From positions 8,680,001 to 8,744,000 of the forward strand of contig NC_043014.1 in NCBI RefSeq assembly GCF_006345805.1: a DNA stretch of 64,000 bases. The letters run 5' to 3'. This stretch comes from Octopus sinensis (taxonomy: Eukaryota). Shown here piece by piece: positions 1 through 13,014 of the stretch. The position numbers and the translations under genes were made by a program. Each line of letters starts with the position of its first letter. Position 1 is the first letter of the stretch. Under the pieces are notes generated by a model. The model did no database searches. It was not told the origin of the DNA and was given only the letters and a program-made list of their open reading frames with translations.

Positions 1-341
1 CACATGGTTCCGGGTTCAGTCCCACTGTATGGCATCTTGGGCAAGTGTCTTCTGCTATAGCCTCGGGCCGACCAATGCCTTGTGAGTGGATTTGGTAGAC
101 GGAAACTGAAAGAAGCCTGTCGTATATATGTATTTGTGTGTCTGTGTTTGTCTCCCTAGCATTGCTTGACAACTGATGCTGGTGTGTTCACGTCCCCGTC
201 ACTTAGCGGTTCGGCAAAAGAGACCGATAGAATAAGTACTGGGCTCACAAAGAATAAGTCCTGGGGTCGATTTGCTCGACTAAAGGCGGTGCTCCAGCAT
301 GGCCGCAGTCAAATGACTGAAACAAGTAAAAGAGAGTGAAG
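1..341 (+). mobile_element. tRNA-derived SINE family A (5' end outside window)
   Basis: Near-identical to full copies at 6246, 7932 and 10295, with tail GGCGGTGCTCCAGCATGGCCGCAGTCAAATGACTGAAACAAGTAAAAGAG. Confidence 0.8.
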
Positions 342-619
342 AGTAAGTCGTCATCGTTTAACGTCTGCTTTCCATGCTAGCATGGGTTGGACGATTTTGA
401 CTGAGCGCTGGCGAACCAGATGGCTGCACCAGGCTTCAATCTTGATCTGGCAGAGTTTCTACAGCTGGATGCCCTTCCTACTGCAAATTCACAGAAAAGG
501 AGAAATAATTTCAAGAATAAAAGACATTCCATTATGGACAGACTGGTTGACTCTAGAGTGCCTGGGACATCTTTATAGGCTTCTATAGGCTTTATCACAC
601 ACACATGTATGTAATAGTA

Positions 620-1350
620 TCATCATCATCATCATCGTTTAGCGTCCGCTTTCCATGCTAGCATGGGTTGGACGGTTCTACTGGGGTCTGTGAAGCCAGA
701 AGGCTTCATCAGGCCCAGTCAAATCTGGCAGTGTTTCTACGGCTGCATGCCCTTCCTAACGCCAACCACTCCGTGAGTGTAGTGGGTGCTTTTTACGTGC
801 CACCCGCACTGGTGCCAGACAGAGCTGGCAAACGGCCATGAACGGATGGTGATCATCATCATCATCATCATCATCATCATCGCTTAATGTATGCTTTCCA
901 TGCTAGCATGGGTTGGACGATTTGACTGAGGACTGGCGAACCAGATGGCTGCAACATGCTCTAATCTTGATCTGGCAGAGTATCTACAGCTGGATGCCCT
1001 TCCTTATGCCAACTACTCCTAGAGTATAGTGGGTGCTTTTACGTGCCACTGGCACGAGGGCCAGTCAAGCGGTACGGCCACACCCAAATGGTGTTTTTTT
1101 ACGTGTCACCTACACACCAGCACAAGTGCCAGTAAGGCGATGTGGTAATGATCATTCTCGAATGGTGCATTTTATGTGCCACCAGCATGGACGCCATTTA
1201 GCCACTCTGACAACAATCATGCTCAGATGGTGCTTTTAGTGCTCCACTAACATGGATGCCAGTCATCAAATTTGATTTCAATTTCACTTGCCCTAACAGG
1301 TCTTCACAAGCAGTGTCCAATGAAGGAAAGGTACGCATAAGTGGGCTGGT
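620..1350 (-). mobile_element. (GAT)n-tailed repeat family D (SINE-like), clustered copies
   Basis: Shared core GTGGTTGGCGTTAGGAAGGGCATCCAGCTGTAGAAAC, GGTGGCACGTAAAAAGCACC subrepeats and (GAT)n tail. Also at about 24510, 25180, 30740, 31860 and 32895. Confidence 0.7.
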
Positions 1351-2632
1351 TACATATATATATATGTGTGTGTGTATATATGTGTATGTGTATGTTTGTG
1401 TATCTGTGTTTGTCCCTCCACCATCGCTTGACAACTGATGCAGGTGTGTTTACGTCCCTGTAACATAGCAGTTCAACAAAAGAGACCGATAGAATAAGTA
1501 CTAGGCTTACAAAGAATGAGTTCTGGGGTTACTTTGTTCGACTAAAGATGGTGCTCCTGCATGGCCACAGTCAAATAACTGAAACAACATACAAATAATA
1601 AGAGCAGAAATTTATGTTGTTAATTAATACTATTAATTAATATCAATTTCAACTGGTGGTCAGCATACTTAAAACACCCGAGGACCGTGAATTTTATTTA
1701 TTTAAACCTAAACAATATAAGAAAGCCCTGTATAGATCCCATTGGATGCTAAAAATAGGCGTCAAACCATCTTACCACTAAATCTGTGTTCTCAACTTAG
1801 CCACAAGCTAAACCCGTGATTCCCATCTCGGGACATGATATGTTGGTGAGACATGCGTAGGGTTACACAATGTTTACAAAGCCAATAAAGGAAAGGGGGC
1901 GATTCGAACGAGTTATTAAAAAAAAAATTCTTTATATTTCCCCTCTGTCAAATTTATCAAATTTTTGACACTTTAGCGACATCATTTCTTGATATTTCGT
2001 TCACACGTTATTCATAAGATCTGATGTCGCTAATGAGGGAATAAGATTATTTCGTGCTTGTATGTAGAACTGAAAATGAAACATATCGACGATTTGCTCA
2101 GAAACACCCGAGAGTGGGGAACAATTCTCAAAAATAGCCCCCAATTGTTTCCCCCCAAAATTCCTATGTCCTCGAAATCTACATAGTCCCAGGTATTTGT
2201 AGAGAGTTTCATAAAAAAAAATATCCATTTTTCTTGAAAGTTGAGACGAATTGAAATTGACTCAAGTGAAATTTCTGAAATTCCCCACCATATTTTGTAT
2301 ATTCGGAATCTACATGATATAACACGTATTCGTTGACAATTTCATTAAAAATAGCCCTTTTTTCTGAAAGTTATGGTCATCCAAAGTCGAGTGTAGTTTA
2401 TGCCGATTCAAAAATACTGTAGTGCAAGTAAAGAAAGTTTCTTCAGTATTCAGAGGAATATTTAAAATTTGGATTTATAGTTGCTATCGACGATAAACCG
2501 TCACCAAGTTATGGGCGAAAAACTCGGATCTTGTGAATTTTCCGAAGTCCTCTCTCCACCCCTCGGAAAAGATTTCCCCACGCATTTCTTTATAATCGTA
2601 ATCTATGCCGGTTGAAAGGTATTTATATGAAA

Positions 2633-3123
2633 CTAGCAGTATCGCCCGACGTTGCTCGGGTTTGTAAGGGAAATAACTATATAAGCATCTTTAGAGAGTT
2701 ACTTCCCTTATAGATGCCAATTCTGGCTTTCTTAGCCATTTCTGTTTTGGTGTCTTCAAGCCATGAAGTCGTTCTAAAAGAACGCTGGTCTCCTTGACGA
2801 CGTTGATTTCCTTACACTCCCTTCCCCACAACTTCACGAAGGAGGGGAGAAGCAAACAGGTGCAGCTGTGACCATGGACGCCAACTCCGCCGCCATCGAC
2901 ACACGAAAAATTATGCATTAAAATGGAATGAAAAATGATGTTAAATTATTTTTTAAATCGTAGACTCATCGTAGACGCGCGCTAATAGCCAGACGGGCTC
3001 GATATGAATCACGACTATAAGATACCCGGTTTTGGTTAAACTGCACCGCAAAATGTGGGAGGAGTTAGGAATCTAAATCGTAGGAGACAGACACTCACAC
3101 AACTACAGTTTTATATATATAGA
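2633..3123 (-). mobile_element. Non-autonomous Helitron
   Basis: Minus strand starts A|TCTATATATATAAAA and ends with the CCCGAGCAACGTCGGG hairpin followed by CTAG|T. Homologous to 34315-34696. Confidence 0.82.
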
Positions 3124-3128
3124 TATCT

Positions 3129-3494
3129 CTTTTACTCTATTACTTGATTCAGTCATTTGACTGCGGCCATGCTGGAGCACCGCCTTTAGTCGAGCAAATC
3201 GACCCCAGGACTTATTCTTTGTAAACCCAGTACTTATTCTATCGGTCTGTTTTGCCGAACCGCTATGTGACGGGGACGTAAACACACCAGCATCGGTTGT
3301 CAAGCAATGCTAGAGGGACAAACACATATATACGACAGGCTTCTTTCAGTTTCCGTTTACCAAATCCACTCACAAGGCTTTGGTCGGCCCGTGGCTATAG
3401 CAGAAGACACTTGCCCAAATGCCACGCAGTGGGACTGAACCTGGAACCATGTGGTTGGTAAGCAAGCTACTTACCACACAACCACTCCTGCGCC
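3129..3494 (-). mobile_element. tRNA-derived SINE family A
   Basis: Reverse-complement copy of family A. Confidence 0.8.
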
Positions 3495-4326
3495 TATATA
3501 TATATCGATTGGGCATATCGAGCGCCAACTTGTTCTACCTCAGCCCAGTTTTACTATCAGTGTTCCAGGCAATCATTTCTCCTCACCCGCCAACAAAAAC
3601 ATCTTATCTAAATATTCTAAGACATTATTAAATCATGATTCAATGCATTTTAACTGCTATTTCTAGCGTTCAGGGTTTCTTCACTGATGGGTGCAAGGGG
3701 AACAACTCCAATTAGTTCATCTGATTCACGCATACAACTTTTACTAAACCGTTTACAGCCGCGAGCATTCACAAAAGTTGTTGAGAGAATTACTCTTTTA
3801 CTCGTTTTTCAGTCATTTGACTGTGGCCATGCTGGAGCACCACCTTTTGTCGAGCAAACTGACCCCAGGACTTATTCTTTGTAAGCCTAGTATTTATTCT
3901 ATCGGTCGCTTTTTGCCGAACCGCTAAGTTACGGGGACGGAAACACACCAGCATCGGTTGTCAAGCGTTGTTGGGGCGACAAACATATACACACACATAC
4001 ATATATACGACGGGCTTCTTTCAGTTTCCGTCTACCAGATCCTCTCACAAGGCTTTGGTCGGCCCGAGGCTATAGTAGAAGACACTTGCCCAAGATACCA
4101 AAAAAAAAAAATACAATAACGGACAAACTTGATTTAATTTTATCAAACTTGTTCGTTCCCTTTCTATGAAATAAAATTCATGTTAAAACCATGGCGAGGA
4201 AGGAAGAACCATATGGCTGCAAGCTTTATTTCGTCAGGAGGCGATGCGAAGGCATTTTTCGGTGCCTCTGGGTAAGGCAGCTTGCTAATCGGTTTCAGAA
4301 TCGATGGTTCAGGGATCTCCTCCACC

Positions 4327-4685
4327 GGTTTAAGTCAATTATATCGACCTCAGTGCGTAACTGGTACTTAATTTATCGATCCCGAAAGGCAAAGTCGACC
4401 TCGGCAGAATTTGAACTCAGAACGTAAAGACAGACAAAATACCTATATCTTTACTACCCACAAGGGGCTAAACACAGAGGGGACAAACAAGGACAGACAA
4501 ACGGATTAAGTCAATTATATCGACCCCAGTGCGTAACTGGTACTTAATTTATCGACCCCGAAAGGATGAAAGGCAAAGTCGACCTCGGCGTAATTTGAAC
4601 TCAGAACGTAGCGGCAGACGAAATACCTATTTCTTTACTACCCACAAGGGGCTAAACACAGAGGGGACAAACAAGGACAGATAAA
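4327..4685 (-). mobile_element. SINE family C, tandem internal units
   Basis: Repeated ~184-bp unit containing GCCTTTCATCCTTTCGGGGTCGATAAATTAAGTACC (Deu/Nin-domain-like) on the minus strand. Confidence 0.7.
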
Positions 4686-5509
4686 CGTGGGATCTCCTCC
4701 ACCGCAATGCACAGAAAGAAGACATTTTAAGATTTGTTCTATTTTACTCGTCTTTGTCAGCTATGTGGACTGGAGCAACGTGAAATAAAGTGTCTTGCTC
4801 AAGGACACAACGCGTCGCTGGGAATTGAACTCAAGACCTTGCGACCGTGAGCTGAATACCTCTAACCACCAAGCCACGCGCCTTCACGCACACACAGACA
4901 CGTCTTATTTTTTTATTGCCCACACGGGGCTAAACATAGAGGGGACAAACAAGGACAGACTACATCGACCCCAGTGTGCAACTGGTACTTAATTTATCGA
5001 CCCCGAAAATATGAAAGGCAAAGTCGACCTCGGCGGAATTTGAACTCAGAACGTAATGGCAGACGAAATACCTATTTCTTTACTACCCACATGAAATTGA
5101 TAAAACTGCATTATTTATGGGATGACCCAATATATGCATAAAAAAACATACAAATTTGCACGTATACAGATAGGTACATAGATAGATAGATGGATGGGTG
5201 GATGGTTGGATAGATAGATAGATATACAGATAGGTGGATGGTTGGATAGATAGATAGATAGATGGATGGATGGTTAGATAGATGGATGGTTGGATACATA
5301 GACAGATATGTATAGGGATCTGGGATATGTAACACACTGCCTAAATACCAGTCTTGAGAAATTAGGCTTCTCAAATCCAGAAAGGAGAAAACTGATTCGA
5401 AGACTATAGAACCAAGCCATCACTGGAACTGTAAAACTCTGTAAAACTTTCCAGAAGTTTATCATTTAAATATATATGAGCATGTCTGGACATGTAAGTA
5501 TATGCATGA

Positions 5510-5955
5510 GAAGACATACATAGAAGAAAACAAATTTGCACACATGCATACATACACACACACATATATACATACACACACACACATACATACAGACACA
5601 TACATACATACACACACACACATACATACAGACACATACATACATACACACACACACATACATACATTCATACATACATACATACATGCATATATACATA
5701 CGGACGTACATACATTCATACATACATACATACATACACACATACATGCATACATACATACATACATACATACACACATACATACATGCATACATACATA
5801 CATACATACAGACATACATTCATACACACACATACATACAGACACATACATACATACACACACATTCATACATACATGCATACATACATACACACACATA
5901 CATACATACATACATACACACATACATACACACACACACACATACATACATACAA
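5510..5955. repeat. (TACA/CA)n microsatellite
   Basis: Seen directly in the sequence. Confidence 0.9.
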
Positions 5956-6245
5956 AATACCCTGTTGATGATGTAGAAATTCCAATGAAAGAGCCTTGGA
6001 TCTAGGGTAGAAACCGTCTCTTTCTCTATTGGCAAGAAATCTTGAAAAACAAAAACTGAATAACACACATATACACGCGCGCGCATGTGTGTGTGTGAAA
6101 TTCTTTTACAGCTGAGATTTGCCATGCAAGTTATGAAGCAGGGAAATTATGTTATTGTTCTCCATAGAAACAGTTTACATTAAATCCGTTATATTTTCGG
6201 TCATTTATTCAAATAATTACAGCAAAATATACCAAATATACCATA

Positions 6246-6632
6246 GGCGCAGGAGTGGCTGTGTGGTAAGTAGCTTGCTAACCAACCACATGGTTGCGGG
6301 TTCAGTCCCACTGCGTGGCACATTGGGCAAGTGTCTTCCACTATAGCCTCGGGCCGACTAAAGCCTTGTGAGTGGATTTGGTAGACGGAAACTGAAAGAA
6401 GTCCGTCGTATATATGTATATATGCGTGTGTGTGTGTTTGTCCCCCTAGCATTGCTTGACAATCGATGCTGGTGTGTTTGTGTCCCCGTTACTTAGCGGT
6501 TCGGCAAAAGAGACCGATAGAATAAGCACTGGGCTTACAAAAGATTAAGTCCCGGGGTCGAGTTGCTCGATTAAAGGCGGTGCTCCAGCATGGCCGCAGT
6601 CATATCACTGAAACAAGTAAAAGAGAGAGAGT
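6246..6632 (+). mobile_element. tRNA-derived SINE family A, full length
   Basis: A-box-like TGGCTGTGTGG, B-box-like GGTTCAGTCCC, internal (TA)/(TG) tract and LINE-like tail. More than 12 copies in the window. Confidence 0.85.
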
Positions 6633-7104
6633 AAACACCAAAAAGAAAGCAAACACACACACACACACAGAGAATAAATAAACACACGACCTGGTCTTAG
6701 TGGTGGTGGTCGTGGGAGGCTTTAACCGAGTCACCCATCCACAATTTGCTAACGTTTGGACGAAATCCCGTTGGATCGATTGCTTCCAACGTTACTACAT
6801 CAGAGAATGACCCACAAATGTGGTCAAAGGTCACAGCAGTCCCACAATTCCTGGAATTCTTCCCCCACTGATTTCCTTGCCCCCATACTTATACCATCTC
6901 CCTTTTTTTTCCTACTCCTTTCTTATCAAAAATGTAGAAAACAAATAAAGTGGGGGGGGGGAATGAACTAGAAAAGGGTTATATTATAAACACCAATTCT
7001 CTTAAGGTACCACATGAAAAAACATCCTCTCCCCACCATGACCCCCTCTTCAAATACTGCATCTGTTGTTTTGCTGATGTTTCAAATAATTGCTATTCAT
7101 TTGA

Positions 7105-7626
7105 ACACACACACATGTATAAACACACACGTATACACTCACACGTACACACATACATATACACATATACGTAAACACACATGTATACACACACACACAC
7201 ACAGACACACATACACACACAAGTTTGTGTGCATATGCGTGCAAGTGTATGTGTGTGGGGTTGTGTATGTGTACATACATATATACACCTATATATATAT
7301 ATGTATATATATATATATACACATATATATATATATATATATATATAACATATATATATATATATACATATATATATACATATATATATATATACATATA
7401 TATATATGCATATATATATATACATATATATATATTATATAATATATATATACATATATATATATACATATATATATATAATATATATATATACATATAT
7501 ATATATTACATATATATATATATATATATAATATATATATACATATAATATATATATACATACATACAATTACATACATACATACACACACACACACCTA
7601 TATATATATATATATATTATATATAT

Positions 7627-7657
<31 letters not shown>
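7105..7657. repeat. (CA)n/(TA)n microsatellite
   Basis: Seen directly in the sequence. Confidence 0.9.
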
Positions 7658-7931
7658 GTGTATAGCAGTAATAGTTTTTCTTTCAAACACGGTATAATAG
7701 AAGCAAGAGTTTTAATTTTTTAAGCGGACGTTTCTTAGTCACCCAGCCTATAATCCCATAATGTGTTTATGCGTGCCTGCGTACGTGTGTATGCGTATTT
7801 CCGTGTATGTATGTATATATATATACGACGTATGTATGTGCTTAAAAAATTCTTTGGATGCCTACATTTCCATCAACGGAGAGAATATAATTTTATTTGC
7901 AAAAAAATAAAAATATGTATATATGTATATA

Positions 7932-8345
7932 GGCGCAGGAGTGGCTGTATGGTAAGTAGCTTGCTAACCAACCACATGGTTCCAGGTTCAGTCCCACTGC
8001 GTGGCATCTTGGGCAAGTGTCTTCTGCTATAGCCCCGGGCCGACCAATGCCTTGTGAGTGGATTTGGTAGACGGAAACTGAAAGAAGCCTGTCGTATATA
8101 TGTATATATATGTATGTATGTGTGTGTGTTTGTGTGTCTGTGTCTGTCCCCCTAGCATTGCTTGACAACCGATGCTGGTGTGTTTGCGTCCCCGTCACTT
8201 AGCTATTCGGCAAAAGAGACCGATAGAATAAGTACTGGGCTTACAAAGAATAAGTCCCGGGGTGGAGTTGCTCGACTAAAAGGCGGTGCTCCAGCATGGC
8301 CGCAGTCAAATGACTGAAACAAGTAAAAGAGTAAAAGAGTAAAGA

Positions 8346-8347
<2 letters not shown>
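7932..8347 (+). mobile_element. tRNA-derived SINE family A, full length
   Basis: Same as 6246-6632. Confidence 0.85.
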
Positions 8348-8381
<34 letters not shown>

Positions 8382-8821
8382 CCCCGTCCCCCATTTCATT
8401 TTTATTTTCTTCACTTTTTCTTCAGAATTACCATCTTCTTCTTTGAATCACACGTTTTGGAGTATAGAGATGGCAGAAATAAATTGGAAGCCTTTAAAAT
8501 TACCCGCCTATCCTCCTAGTTTACCGAATACTCGCACTCGCCCATTCCCAACCTTCCGGAAGTTTTTTTATTCTTCCGGTTCGTTAGTTTGGCAGCATCG
8601 TTAGCACATCGGGACCAAATGTTGGACAGCATTTTCTCACGTTTTCCATTTTACACTCAAATGCTGGCTCGATGAAATAAGCACGTGTTGAAACCCTTAA
8701 TTTGAGAGTATCTCAACGAATTTGCTTATTTATATGATCCGGTAGTCTTCCAGATATATTAGAATCGATTTTGTTAGGAGCGAATTTTTATTTTTAGGTT
8801 CGAATGAGTGCAGCGCATGAT

Positions 8822-9191
8822 GGAAGCACTCCGTCGGTTACGACGACGAGGGTTCCGGTTGATCCGAATCAACGGAACAGCCTGCTCGTGAAATTAACCT
8901 GTAAGTGGCTGAGCACTCCACAGACACGTGTACCCTTAACGTAGTTCTCGGGGATATTCAGCGTGACACAGAGAGTGACAAGGCCGGCCCCTTGAAATAC
9001 AGGTACAACAGAAACAGGAAGTAAGAGTGAGAGAAAGTTGTGGTGAAAGAGTACAGCAGGGATCACCGCCATCCCCTGCCGGAGCCTCGTGGAACTTTAG
9101 GTGTTTTCGCTCAATAAACACTCTGGGAATCGAAACTGCGATCCTATGACCGCGAGTCTGCTACCCTAACTACTGTGCCATTGCGCCTCCA
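8822..9191 (-). mobile_element. tRNA-derived SINE family B
   Basis: Reverse complement of the 40129-40488 family (head GGAGGCGCAATGGCCCAGTGGTTAGGGCAGCGGACTCGCGG). Confidence 0.78.
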
Positions 9192-9859
9192 GTGCAGCGC
9201 ATACAGAAGCCTTTTCTATATATTTTTTTTATTTATGCGCCCTTTTCAAACCTAGCCGGGCTCATGGGCCCGGTTTCCCGGTTTCTGTGGTGTATATGTT
9301 CCTGCCAGCCGGACGGAACACCAGTCCATCGCAGCTTTACTCAAGAAACAGGAAAAGAGAGCGAGAGAAAGTTGGGGCGAAAGAGTACAACAGGGGTCGC
9401 TACCACCCGCTGCCGGAGCATCGTGGAGCTTTTAGGTGTTTTCGCTCATAAAACACTCACAACGCCCGGTCTGAGAATCGAAACCGCGATCCTCCGACCG
9501 CGAGTCCGCTGCCCTAACAACTGGGCCATTTCGCCTCTAGCTTTTCTATGTTAATAAACGGGAAATTCTGTCTGTCCGGGACCCTTGTATCTCAGTCTTA
9601 TTTTCTCTGTGTGTGTGTGTGTGTTTCTGTGTTTGTCCCCATCATCATCGTTTGACAACCAATGTTGGTGTGGTTACGTCCCCGTAACCTAGCGATTCGG
9701 CAAAAGAGCCTAATAGAATAAATACTAGGCTTACAAAGAATAAGTTTTGATGTCGATTTGTTCGACTAAAGACGGTGTTCCAGCATGGCCGCAGTCAAAT
9801 GACTGAAACAAATAAAAGAATATATATATATACATGCATACATATATATACATGCAAAC

Positions 9860-9924
<65 letters not shown>

Positions 9925-9978
9925 ATATATATATATATATTATATATATATATATATACTATATATATATATATATAT

Positions 9979-10075
<97 letters not shown>

Positions 10076-10294
10076 CATACATACATACACACACATATAT
10101 ATGTATATGTTTTTGTGTCTGTTTTCTCCACCATCGCTTGACAACCGTTGTTGGTATGATTACGTCCCCGTCACTTAGCGGTTCGACAAGAGAGACCGAT
10201 AGAATAAGTACTAGGCTTACAAAGAATAAGTCCTGAAGTTGATTTCTTCGACTAAAAACCCTTAAAGAATAAAAGAAAAATAAAAGAATATATA

Positions 10295-10700
10295 GGCGCA
10301 GGAGTGGCTGTGTGGTAAGTAGCTTGTCTGTCAACCACATGGTTCCGGGTTCAGTCCCACTGCGCAGCGGCACCTTGGGCAAGTGTCTTCTACTATAGCC
10401 TCGGGCCGACCAAAGCCTTGTGAGTAAATTTGGTAGACGGAAACTGAAAGAAGCCCGTCGTATATATGTATATATATATATGTAAGCGTGTGTGTGTTTG
10501 TGTGTCTGTGTTTGTCCCCTAGCATTGCTTGACAACCGATGCTGGTGTGTTTATGTCCCCGTTACTTAACGGTTCGGCAAAAGAGACCGATAGAATAAAG
10601 TACTGGGCTTACAAAAGAATAAGTCCCAGGGTCGAGTTGCTCGACTAAAAGCGGTGCTCCAGCATGGCCGCAGTCAAATGACTGAAACAAGTAAAAGAGT
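10295..10700 (+). mobile_element. tRNA-derived SINE family A, full length
   Basis: Same as 6246-6632. Confidence 0.85.
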
Positions 10701-10971
10701 AATATATATACTGTTGTGTCTGGGGAGAGTCATTTTCTTTTTGTGCCTTAAACACGAAGACTGCTGTAGGAACAACAAGCAGGTGTATTAGTTTGACACT
10801 CGCGAAAAATGGAAAAGTTTTTTACGTTTCAAACCTACGCTCTTCGACAGAAAGGGATAAGAGGAAATAAACAGAGAGAGAGAGAATGAAAAGGAAAACG
10901 TCATAAACAAGAACGCGAGGACGTGGTACATGTGAAGTATTAGCCGACGCTCAGGGAAGGAAAGAAAGGTG

Positions 10972-11006
10972 GTTTAACGTTTCGAGCAAAGCTCTTCTTC
11001 AGAAAC
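10972..11006 (-). ncRNA. Minimal type I hammerhead ribozyme motif (family 1, canonical core)
   Basis: guuu CUGAAGA a gagc-uuu-gcuc GAAA cg UU aaac. Stem I guuu/aaac, stem II gagc/gcuc, palindromic ACGU in place of stem III. Confidence 0.75.
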
Positions 11007-11165
11007 AGAGGAAAGTCCAATAAAAAACGTAGACGGGGAAAAATCGCCAACGATTCAGAAATGGTTACATTTCGAATTTCCGTTCTTTCAACATATGACC
11101 TCGTGAGCACCGCCAGCAATTTTTTTTCCTCTGTCTTCCCTTCTCGGGATCTTTCCTTCTCCTTT

Positions 11166-11200
11166 GTTTCCGACGAAGAGCTCCGCTCGAAACGTTAAAC
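11166..11200 (+). ncRNA. Minimal hammerhead motif (family 1, U4C core variant)
   Basis: guuu CCGACGA a gagc-ucc-gcuc GAAA cg UU aaac, inside a ~210-bp dispersed element. Confidence 0.65.
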
Positions 11201-11317
11201 CCTCCTTCTTCCCGTCTTTCCTGAGCGTCCAATAATACTCTATTTGTTCCACGTCCCCGCGTTGCTGTGTTTTTTTTTTGTGTTTTCTTGTTTGGATTAA
11301 CATATATATGTATATAT

Positions 11318-11378
<61 letters not shown>

Positions 11379-11607
11379 ATAAGATCGTTAATTCAAAAAT
11401 AAAATAACGATTTTATCAAGTGGTCAGCATGTAAAAAATACCTTCAAAGGTAATAATTATTGAAATTATAAATGAGGGTATCTACGAGATACCACCATGC
11501 TGAAAATAGCAGCCATGATCTGACTCCCAAAACCACCTAAATTGTCCATATATTAACACGGAGAGAAAACAAAGAAACAAGATGAAACTAGTAAAAAATT
11601 ACTGGAT

Positions 11608-11633
<26 letters not shown>

Positions 11634-11640
<7 letters not shown>

Positions 11641-12262
11641 GTATAAAAGCCATCTCAATATGGCTAACCACAAAGGGGGGTGTTACTGTAGCTTTTAGCC
11701 CCAGGAGATCATTGTCTCCAGCTGGTTTTAGACACACTTTCTGTGCCCTTATGGTATTTGCAAAGGGAGGCCATCTCTTTCTCGTAAGCCTGAGTGATAC
11801 GCACCGGACCGCGGTTTCGAGATTATTGTCTCTTATCAGATGGCTTTTATACTTTACATTGTCGAGCGATTACTGTTTACATCTCGTTCTGAGATTTAAT
11901 AATGCTTGCAGTCAGTTTTTCGAAATCAGTGGCAGAAGTCACTAGGAAAACTCTTATATATTTGCAAACAGGCCTTGTCTTTCATCGTGATCTAGTGATT
12001 ACCGCCCGTTGATAAGAGACATTAATCTCGAAACCACGGTCCGGTGCGTATCACTCAGGCTTACGAGAAAGAGATGGCCTCCCTTTGCAAATACCTTAAG
12101 GGCACAGAAAGTGTGTCTAAAGCCAGCTGGAGACGATGATCTCCTGGGGCTAAAAAGCTACAGTAACACCTCCCTTTGTGGTTAGCCATATTGAGATGGC
12201 TTTTATACTTTACATTGTCGAGCGATAACTGTTTACATCTCGTTCTGAGATTTAATAATGCT
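11634..12262 (+). mobile_element. Penelope-like non-autonomous element: inverted partial copy, 356-bp monomer, partial direct repeat
   Basis: 11634-11838 is the reverse complement of 12010-12215. 11839-11907 repeats directly at 12195-12262. Flanked by (TA)n. Confidence 0.75.
12003..12048 (+). ncRNA. Type I hammerhead motif with U3-A8 compensatory core (family 3)
   Basis: cgcccg UUGAUAA gaga-cauuaa-ucuc GAAA ccacgg UC cggugcg. The inverted partial copy at 11800-11838 has the perfect palindrome ACCGCGGU. Confidence 0.72.
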
Positions 12263-12650
12263 ATATATATATACACAAAACTGCACACACACACACGCAC
12301 ATACATTATAGATTTTTATATTAATGTTACAATTGATGTGTAGATGAGGGTGTGTGCTATTTAGCAGATGAAATGTGTCACAAACATATTTTAACTAACC
12401 TAAACCTTGTTTATGCCTCAGTGGTGGCATGAATCGTAATAGGTCATTGCACCAGCGAACTTTATATCATAAATCTGTTCCTTTAAACACAGTTTATTCA
12501 GCCAATGAAAATCTTCGAATTTCTTTGTTCGCTTTTTACTTTTTTCTTTTTTATTTTGTAATCTTTCCTTTGCTTTATGGTTTCTTAAAACAACAATGAA
12601 AGATTTCATTAGAAAATAGTCTGTGTTCGCCTGTCTATAGTGAATGTGTG

Positions 12651-12687
<37 letters not shown>

Positions 12688-13014
12688 GTGGTTAGGGCAG
12701 CGGACTCGCGGTCGCAGGATCGCGGTTTCGGTTCTCAGACCGGGCGTTGTGTGTGTTTATTGAGCGAAAACACCTAAAAGCTCTACGAGGCTCCGGCAGG
12801 GGGTGGTGATCCCTGCTGTACCCTTTCACCACAATGGCGGTGCCCCAGCATGGCCACAGCTCAAGAGCTGAAACTGGAAAAACAAACAAAACAAAAAATA
12901 TATATATATATCTTTTATCTTTTTCTTTTGTCAGTCATTAGACTGCGTCTAGAATAATAGAATGAAAGAATATTATATATATCTTTTTTATTAAATTCTT
13001 CTCGTAATAGAATT

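Noticed and set aside
1811-1864. Hammerhead-like layout aaccc GTGATTC ccatc...gttggt GAGA catgcg TA gggtt
   Set aside because: Both core segments deviate from consensus. At best a decayed relic and not supportable alone.
5404-6125. Many ORFs rich in YI/HT/CV, also at 7.0-7.6, 9.8-10.2, 21, 27, 32 and 48 kb
   Set aside because: Translations of (TA)n, (CA)n and (TACA)n microsatellites.
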